DNA of 64,000 nt from Candidatus Nezhaarchaeales archaeon (lineage in GTDB: Archaea; Thermoproteota; Methanomethylicia; Nezhaarchaeales; WYZ-LMO8). Below the pieces are notes generated by a model, which was not told the DNA's origin, did not search any database, and was given only the letters and a program-made list of their open reading frames with translations. Every line of letters begins with the position of its first letter. The stretch's first letter is position 1. Position numbers and translations under genes: made by a program. The stretch spans positions 541,836 to 605,835 of the forward strand of contig JAWAKK010000001.1 of assembly GCA_038887515.1 (NCBI GenBank). The letters run 5' to 3'. Positions 57,706 through 64,000 of the stretch are shown piece after piece.

Positions 57706-59766
57706 CTAACCCTTCAGCAAGAAGTACTCTACAAAGGGATCGCACCAGTGGCTCCAGTACTGTGCGTAGTTCTTTACTGGCACTGGGTTTAAAGACGTTT
57801 CTCCTAAGTAACTTGGGTTTATGCCTATCGGTAAGCTGAAGAGCTCGTTGCAGTATCCTATAGCGCCTTCAGAGATCATGTGGTCTAAGTTGTTCACTAG
57901 GATCCCGTAAGGGTCTAGACCGAGGACCTTCATGACCTCTACGAGGTATGGAGTATCTCGAGGCCAGATTACCGGACCGTGATACTCCAGGTCTCCTAGG
58001 TATGGTCTTTCTTCGACCCTCCTGGCAATTATACCGAAAGGCTCCCAGGAGCTACCTAAGCTTACCAGCCTCCTCTTAACAGTCATAGCCTCTATTGAGC
58101 TCCACATGCTCGATAGCTCCTCACCATAAGCTATACCTTTGAGTATAGTTAGCGCCACTACGCCAGCCGAGCTTGGGGTTTCGTCCCTTAAGTTGCTTGA
58201 AGGTTCTATGGTAAGCGGCGGTAGGCTACTTCTCGAATAGAACCACTTCTTGTAGCCGTCGAGCAGCTCACATTTCACGTCGTGAAGTTCTTTATCGGCT
58301 TTAACCTCAGAGTCCTGGGCAGCCTTCAGTAAGCTATCTAAACCCTCTATGAATAGAGCGTTAACCTCTACTAGGGCGAAGAGGTCTTGGGGGGAGACCT
58401 TCCACATCCAGTTCAAGGGTAGCCTAGTGGGCCACTTCAGGTCATTGACGGCGTAAATGACGTCCATCCATGAGGAGTTAGCCCTACATAGAATCAAGCC
58501 GTCGCGAATTATGCAACCGGAGAAGCCGTCTCCAGCCCTCATTAGCTTGAGGGCGGTCGACGTGAGTCTTAAAGCTTCCCTCACAAGGGCCTTCTCGCCT
58601 GTTAGATAGTATAGCTTCGCTGCTATGCTCATTAGTTGAGGGAAGGCATCGCTAGAATAGTCTCCTTCGCGTAGGAAGGTCTTTAATCCTTTAAGTTCTT
58701 TGGCTTCTAGGAGCAACTTTCTAACTAGTTCCACAAGCCAACTTGAAAGCCCTAAAACAGTAGTGTAGGTCAGTAAGTTCCACCTTAAGCCTTCGAGGAG
58801 GTCCCTAGCCCACACCCTCTTAAACCACATAGCCCCCGCTTCTGGGGCCAGTATGGAGTTTAAAGGTATGCCGAAGCCCAATAACCTGTCTACCCTTAAG
58901 ACCAGCGCGTCGATTACCTTAACGGACACTTTACCCCTAATCCTCTCCTCAAGTTCCCTACGAAGCCTCTTCAACTTCCCTTTAACTTTGAGGTCTATCC
59001 TCTTGAAGTTCCACGCCTTTAACGGTACTTCGACGTTAATAGTGCCTCCATCGCACTTTAAAGCTATGGGCATCCTTACCCTACGGACGTGCCTTACGAA
59101 GTAAGGCTTGCCTCCCTCTAAGGTCCTAAATCCATCGCCGAGCTTGTAGATCCAATCGAAGGACAACTCTAGCTTATAGACCTCGCTGAAGCCCCTTATC
59201 TTCAAACTTAACGGAATGGTCTCGGGCTCTACAGTAATTGCTTCACCTTCTTGAATCAACTTAAAGTTCGATTCTACGCAAGTATCCATGTCGTAGAAGG
59301 CTAGGAGGGGGGCGAAGATTGATGGTCTAGATGCTGAAGCTTCTAGGACGCCTCGGCCCTCTTCGACCCTTATGGAAACTGTAACCTCGTACTTATCGCC
59401 ACGATCGTCTACATACGCGTAGCGTGCACTTCTCCTTCCAATAGTTACCGTTATCGGTTTAAGGCTTTCAGCTCCAATAGGTTTGTAGTATATTGCATCT
59501 AGGACCTTGTACAGCCTATTGTTAAGGGGGCCCACCAATAAGCCCTGCCAGGAGAAGTCCCTATTACCGCCATGTAGAAGCCCTATGGGCGTCGCTATCG
59601 GGGCGTCGAAGTTGGAGGTAGAGTATTCGAGCAAAATGTCTTTCAATAAAACGTGCTTATTCCTAGCGTAATCCCAATCGGGGTCCTCGTAGGGTTCAAT
59701 TTCGCAGAGAACGTCGAACCTCTTGGTAAGGTGTATTTCAGCCATCATTATCAATTTGAAAAACAC
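57706..59766 (-). CDS. Archaeal glycogen debranching enzyme (amylo-alpha-1,6-glucosidase-like)
   Basis: AGAMWF..VWARD, SDA, SWMD, LVEVNAL, YHG.VIWPRD, ELF, AQYWS. Confidence 0.8.
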   Translation of the reverse strand: MFFKLIMMAEIHLTKRFDVLCEIEPYEDPDWDYARNKHVLLKDILLEYSTSNFDAPIATPIGLLHGGNRDFSWQGLLVGPLNNRLYKVLDAIYYKPIGAESLKPITVTIGRRSARYAYVDDRGDKYEVTVSIRVEEGRGVLEASASRPSIFAPLLAFYDMDTCVESNFKLIQEGEAITVEPETIPLSLKIRGFSEVYKLELSFDWIYKLGDGFRTLEGGKPYFVRHVRRVRMPIALKCDGGTINVEVPLKAWNFKRIDLKVKGKLKRLRRELEERIRGKVSVKVIDALVLRVDRLLGFGIPLNSILAPEAGAMWFKRVWARDLLEGLRWNLLTYTTVLGLSSWLVELVRKLLLEAKELKGLKTFLREGDYSSDAFPQLMSIAAKLYYLTGEKALVREALRLTSTALKLMRAGDGFSGCIIRDGLILCRANSSWMDVIYAVNDLKWPTRLPLNWMWKVSPQDLFALVEVNALFIEGLDSLLKAAQDSEVKADKELHDVKCELLDGYKKWFYSRSSLPPLTIEPSSNLRDETPSSAGVVALTILKGIAYGEELSSMWSSIEAMTVKRRLVSLGSSWEPFGIIARRVEERPYLGDLEYHGPVIWPRDTPYLVEVMKVLGLDPYGILVNNLDHMISEGAIGYCNELFSLPIGINPSYLGETSLNPVPVKNYAQYWSHWCDPFVEYFLLKG

Positions 59767-59792
59767 CTACGAAAATATAAGCATTAAGGGGT

Positions 59793-61289
59793 TTAACGTA
59801 AGCGTTTCGATCCCTCTAGGACCCTAATAGCGGCTTCTAGAGCAGATCCATAGCCCTTCTCTATAGCCAAGTCTATTGTGTTTGCGAGATCTACCCAAAG
59901 AAGGACCTCCCTAATCCACTTTTGCAAATAGCCGCGAGCAACGTGTAGCTCTGCGACCTCCCTATCAATCCTCTTTAGGGACTCTAAAGCCTCTCCAAGG
60001 CTTCTAGCTTCGCATAGTATCATCCCGTTCCACAGAAACCTGAATGAAAGTGCAGGCGGTGTCTTAACCTTCCAAGCGTACTCCTCTATTCTCTTCATGT
60101 ACTCCCTCAAGGTCTCTTCGTATAGCGATGTAAGCAGTGAGACGTAGCTAGCGAAGGCGTCAAGGGGCTTCTTGAATGGACTAAAGTATAAGTGGACTTC
60201 ACCTGAAGAGCCCTTCTTCGAAGACATGTAGTAGAAGTTGTCACTTACGCCGAATAGCCTCCAATGCCTCAGGTACTCGCCTCCAACGGCCTTCGCGTAC
60301 ATTCCAAGCTCTTCGTAGAGCTTTAAAGCTTTAATTTGAAGGTCTGAGCCGATCCATGCGCTCACGTCTTTTTCGACGTCAGCCCAACTTATGGTGCTCC
60401 AGGGTGGAACGTCGTAAACACCCACCGGTCTATACCTTGAAGAGGCCTCCGATACAGTCATGACTTCTATCCTTCTAGCATTGAGTTCGTAGGGAAGCCA
60501 CTTTAAGAACTCGAGTATCCCGGTCTCCGGCCAATGATGTTCTCCAAAGGTCTCGAAATCCATGGCTACGAAGACTACATCGCCAGCGCTATTCAATATC
60601 CAGTCGGCGTACTTGTCGGCGGTGAGCGGGTATTGGTCCCACGCGCTGTTAGAAAACCTGAACGCAACGTCGTCGCTCAACCTATAGTTTCTCAGTAGCA
60701 ACTTTAAGTCGCAGCCGTAGGCAGAGTACACGTAGTTGGGGCTTCTCCAAGCAAGAAGCCTTTCAACGCCCTCCGTAACACATGTTTTAAAGCCCATATC
60801 GTGGAGCGTCTTGCCTATAACGTTGTTGTATATGAACTCCGTAGCTTCGGCAGCCTTAGGCCCTAGGCCGAAGACTTCCGATATTACCTCTACGCATTCG
60901 TCAACCTGCTCCTTAAACTCCTCTAAGTCCGAGAGTAGTGGAGAGATGCTGTGATAATACGTTTGGGCTATTAGTTCTACGTTCCCGGTATCGACGGCTT
61001 TACGTAGGAGGTCTACGAGGTCGCTACAGTACTTAACCGCTTGCTCTATCCAGATTCCACTTATACCTAGCGAGACCTTAAAGTTTTGGGTTTTAATGTT
61101 CTCTAAGATAGTTTGGAGGGCAGGCTTGTAGCACTTAAGTGAGACCCTCTTGAATACCTCCTTGTTTAGCTGTTCATCGTAAGCGGCATCGATGCCCCGA
61201 GAAATAAGGTCCAATAAGCACTTTGCGTTATATGGTCTAAGTCTTACGGGTTGATGTAGCTCGAACATGAAGGCTACGCTTTTAGCCAT
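59793..61289 (-). CDS. GH57 alpha-amylase / glucan-modifying enzyme
   Basis: HQP, QTYYHS, TEFIY, LSDDVAFRFS, MDFETFGEH, SDNFYYM. Confidence 0.93.
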   Translation of the reverse strand: MAKSVAFMFELHQPVRLRPYNAKCLLDLISRGIDAAYDEQLNKEVFKRVSLKCYKPALQTILENIKTQNFKVSLGISGIWIEQAVKYCSDLVDLLRKAVDTGNVELIAQTYYHSISPLLSDLEEFKEQVDECVEVISEVFGLGPKAAEATEFIYNNVIGKTLHDMGFKTCVTEGVERLLAWRSPNYVYSAYGCDLKLLLRNYRLSDDVAFRFSNSAWDQYPLTADKYADWILNSAGDVVFVAMDFETFGEHHWPETGILEFLKWLPYELNARRIEVMTVSEASSRYRPVGVYDVPPWSTISWADVEKDVSAWIGSDLQIKALKLYEELGMYAKAVGGEYLRHWRLFGVSDNFYYMSSKKGSSGEVHLYFSPFKKPLDAFASYVSLLTSLYEETLREYMKRIEEYAWKVKTPPALSFRFLWNGMILCEARSLGEALESLKRIDREVAELHVARGYLQKWIREVLLWVDLANTIDLAIEKGYGSALEAAIRVLEGSKRLR

Positions 61290-61377
61290 AGACAGATAGC
61301 TTTGCTTCGATAGGAAAGTATATAAGCTTTAAGTTAAAAATGGAGCCAATAAACCCCCGCCTAGAGGATGCCTGAAA

Positions 61378-62937
61378 ATGTCGACGAATCAGCGACGGGA
61401 TAGGGCGATCATCAGCATAACTCCGGACTTAGCGCTAGACCTTGGCTACAACTACGCTGGCGGCCTGGGGATTCTTGAGGGAGATAAGTTTTATGCCGCT
61501 TCGAAGCTTGGACTACGTTACTTCGTTTTTTCCCTATTCTATAGAGGTGGGTATGTGGACTATAGCTTTGATACACAGGATTCTCCTATTCCTCTACCAC
61601 AACCACAACCGAAAGAGTTCATTGAGAGGTTAAGGCTCTTCGACGAGCTAAAGCTCAAACTTAAGGGAGAGACCGTATACGTTAGGGCCTTCGAGTATTG
61701 CGAAGGAACCTCAAAAGCACTTTTCTTTAGCGCCGAGAACCCCGAGTGGGCAGCGAAATTAACTGAGAGGCTCTACATAGAGGACTCCGTCGAAGAGCGC
61801 TTCTATAAGTATACTCTGCTTGCCAAAGCTTCGGAGGCATACATACGTCGTGCCATAGCTCTCGACGACATAGAGTACATAGATCTCCAAGAAGCATACG
61901 CAGCTCTACTGCCCTTATTCTTAAGGATACCAGGAAAATATAGGCTCGTAATACATACTGCTGGCCCTTGGGGGCACCCAACGTTCTCTCGAGACTTATT
62001 TAGGAGAGAGTATGGGTACATGTTCGTTGACCAAGATATAGTCCTAACCGAGATAGGCCTATCGGCTTCAAAGCAAGCCTTTGCAGTTTCAGCGAAGCAT
62101 CTAGATATATTGTTGAAAGTCTTTCCACATCACGGCGAGAAGCTCACCTACGTTACCAACGGCATAAACCTGGAGAAGTGGATGGATGGTGAGCTTAGAA
62201 AGAAGTATGAAAACCACGAACTTACGCTAGATAGGTTTATAGACGTTAGGCTTAGATTGAAGGATTCGCTAATAGAGTTATTAAGGAAGTACAAGGACAT
62301 AGACTATGAGGATAAGTTCATAGCTGTATGGTCTAGGAGGATCGTGGCGTACAAGAGACCTGACTTTCCTGTAAGGCTAATCTCCGATTCTAAGGACCTG
62401 CCGATAGTCTTTGTGCTTAGCGGCAAAGCGCACCCCCACGACGTTAAGGGATTAGAGTTCATGAAGTTGTTCAGAAGGATCCACAAGGAAGTGGAGAACG
62501 TCGTATACATACCCAATTACTCAAGGAAAATAGCTAAGATATTGCTAAGCGGAGCCGACTTACTTCTATTCACACCGTTCTCAGGGTGGGAAGCCTGTGG
62601 AACAAGCTACATGAAGGCAGCAGTGAACGGGGTCCCATCACTCTCGTCTAGGGATGGAGGGATTTTAGAGTTCTTGGTGGACGGCATAAACGGCTGGCTC
62701 TTCGGAGAAGATCTTAGAACGTTGATAGATTACTATTCCCCCGAGGCTCAAAAGATTAACGAGGAAGAGTACGCTCAATTCCGAGACCTCTTCTTTAAAG
62801 TGCACGAACTGTACAGGAATAATCCAGAGGGCTACTACAAGGTGGGGTCAAACGCCTTAAGAACATTCGTCGCGCGTGCAAACATGGAGAGGGTGATGAA
62901 GGAGTATTATCCAGGGCTCGTGAAGCCGATAGTATGA
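61378..62937 (+). CDS. glgP: Short-form archaeal alpha-glucan (glycogen/maltodextrin) phosphorylase, GT35
   Basis: YAGGLGIL, VTNGI, RRIVAYKRP, GKAHPHD, EACGTSYMKAAVNG (PLP Lys). Confidence 0.92.
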   Translation: MSTNQRRDRAIISITPDLALDLGYNYAGGLGILEGDKFYAASKLGLRYFVFSLFYRGGYVDYSFDTQDSPIPLPQPQPKEFIERLRLFDELKLKLKGETVYVRAFEYCEGTSKALFFSAENPEWAAKLTERLYIEDSVEERFYKYTLLAKASEAYIRRAIALDDIEYIDLQEAYAALLPLFLRIPGKYRLVIHTAGPWGHPTFSRDLFRREYGYMFVDQDIVLTEIGLSASKQAFAVSAKHLDILLKVFPHHGEKLTYVTNGINLEKWMDGELRKKYENHELTLDRFIDVRLRLKDSLIELLRKYKDIDYEDKFIAVWSRRIVAYKRPDFPVRLISDSKDLPIVFVLSGKAHPHDVKGLEFMKLFRRIHKEVENVVYIPNYSRKIAKILLSGADLLLFTPFSGWEACGTSYMKAAVNGVPSLSSRDGGILEFLVDGINGWLFGEDLRTLIDYYSPEAQKINEEEYAQFRDLFFKVHELYRNNPEGYYKVGSNALRTFVARANMERVMKEYYPGLVKPIV

Positions 62938-63169
62938 CGCTTACGCGGTCGACAATCTTAAGCTTAAGGCGATGTTCGGCGGTCCTGTAACTTAAACATT
63001 CCGCAAGGCTAGATGAGACGTTAACATCTAGGCTCCTTACTTAAGCTTAAGATGGCGAGAACTAAGTTAGCCTATTCTCTAAACCTTTTGTTAGATATAT
63101 TTATATGCTCCGCATAAACATCATTTATTGTATATTTACGGGCACGAATATTACATTAGGTGGCTTCAT

Positions 63170-64000
63170 GTGGGTAAGGTAAGAGTTGCGCTAATAGGTG
63201 TAGGGAATTGTGCTTCAGCGGTCGTTCAAGGGGTATTTTACTATAGGTGCGCCGATGATGACGTTAATATTCCTGGACTTCTTCATCCAAAGCTTGGCGG
63301 CTACCACATAAGCGACGTGGAGTTCGTAACGGCATTCGACGTGTCTAAAGAAAAGATAGGTAGAGACCTTAGCGAAGCCATCTTTGCTTATCCGAACATA
63401 ACCAAAAAGTTTGCTTACGTGCCTAAGCTCGGCGTAGAAGTTAAACCTGGACCCGTGCTTGACGGAGTCGCCCCTCACATGGTTGATTGTTTCAAACCTC
63501 ACGACATGGATATAAGCTTGGACTTCGTGGTCGACGAGCTGAAAAGCTCTCGGGCCGAAGTTGTCGTTAACATGCTTCCAGTCGGTAGCGAAGAGGCTAC
63601 AAGGTTTTATGCGGAGGCTACCGCTATAGCTGGCGCATCGTTCGTTAACGGGATTCCTGTCTTCATAGCCAGCGACCCGGAGGGCTATTGGCCTAAAAGG
63701 TATCAGAAGGCCGGCGTCCCACTACTAGGTGACGACATCAAAGGGCAACTTGGAGCTACGATACTACATACAGCGCTTGTATCGTTATTGAGGGATAGAG
63801 GTGTTAAGCTTGTTGAGACCTATCAGCTTAACGTCGGCGGCAATACGGATTTCCTGAACATGACGGTTGAGGATAGGCTTAAGAGCAAGAGGATAAGCAA
63901 GACGAGGGCTGTAACAAGCTTGGTGCCTGATGGATTTCGCCTTGAAGAGGAAGGAAGGATGAGGATTGGTCCTAGCGACTACGTACCTTTCCTAGGCAAT
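63170..64000 (+). CDS. ino1: myo-inositol-1-phosphate synthase, truncated by the window end (not in ORF track)
   Basis: GTG at 63170 with AGGTGG RBS; reads [21 protein letters not shown]...AFDV...LPVGS...[11 protein letters not shown]...[14 protein letters not shown]...SKRISKT...GPSDYVP. Confidence 0.93.
   Translation, partial: MGKVRVALIGVGNCASAVVQGVFYYRCADDDVNIPGLLHPKLGGYHISDVEFVTAFDVSKEKIGRDLSEAIFAYPNITKKFAYVPKLGVEVKPGPVLDGVAPHMVDCFKPHDMDISLDFVVDELKSSRAEVVVNMLPVGSEEATRFYAEATAIAGASFVNGIPVFIASDPEGYWPKRYQKAGVPLLGDDIKGQLGATILHTALVSLLRDRGVKLVETYQLNVGGNTDFLNMTVEDRLKSKRISKTRAVTSLVPDGFRLEEEGRMRIGPSDYVPFLGN

Noticed and set aside
1272-63502. Many 60-240 aa ORFs antisense to or nested in recognised genes (e.g. 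15211-15939, 22508-23035, 3016-3507, 63215-63502)
   Set aside because: Shadow ORFs: Ser/Thr/Ile-rich antisense translations with no motifs, overlapping confident genes.
1-64000. CRISPR arrays, tRNA/rRNA genes, transposases, integrases, defence systems
   Set aside because: No regularly spaced repeats, cloverleaf/T-loop signatures in intergenic DNA or recombinase motifs were seen. The sirtuin is CobB-like in length with no defence partners.

Overview
Gene-dense archaeal chromosomal window. TATA-like boxes, GGTGA-type RBSs, an archaellum operon, an ArnR-like regulator, GAPN and DPSL point to a TACK/Thermoproteota-type lineage (inference). It has four blocks. (1) 0-9.5 kb: housekeeping genes (aminotransferase, larBC, NfeD/stomatin, IMPase) plus a detached archaellin paralog. 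(2) 9.5-30.6 kb: a chemotaxis plus archaellum supercluster with a soluble PAS-MCP, cheR/B/W/D/A, MinD, a V4R protein, arlB-[CDE-like]-G-F-H-I-J, an ArnR-like regulator and a KaiC/DUF835 pair. No cheY, cheC or cheF is visible, and cheD is broken at homopolymers including a G14 tract. (3) 34.2-49 kb: a catabolic island whose enzyme families match the anaerobic phloroglucinol pathway known from bacteria (SDR reductase, cyclase-family ring hydrolase, 3-hydroxyacyl dehydrogenase, BKACE, CoA transferase). It also encodes a PhlG/phloretin-hydrolase homolog, an aromatic-acid decarboxylase, AOR and a binding protein, making it a candidate archaeal polyphenol/flavonoid degradation system. (4) 49-64 kb: a glycogen/GAPN cluster interrupted by DPSL-Rieske-ZIP, ending in a truncated inositol-1-phosphate synthase. 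Elements not in the ORF track include a candidate C/D-box sRNA and a 19-aa Lys/Glu micro-ORF; the sirtuin homolog appears catalytically dead. No rRNA, tRNA, CRISPR array or transposase was seen. All family calls come from motif recognition, not database searches.
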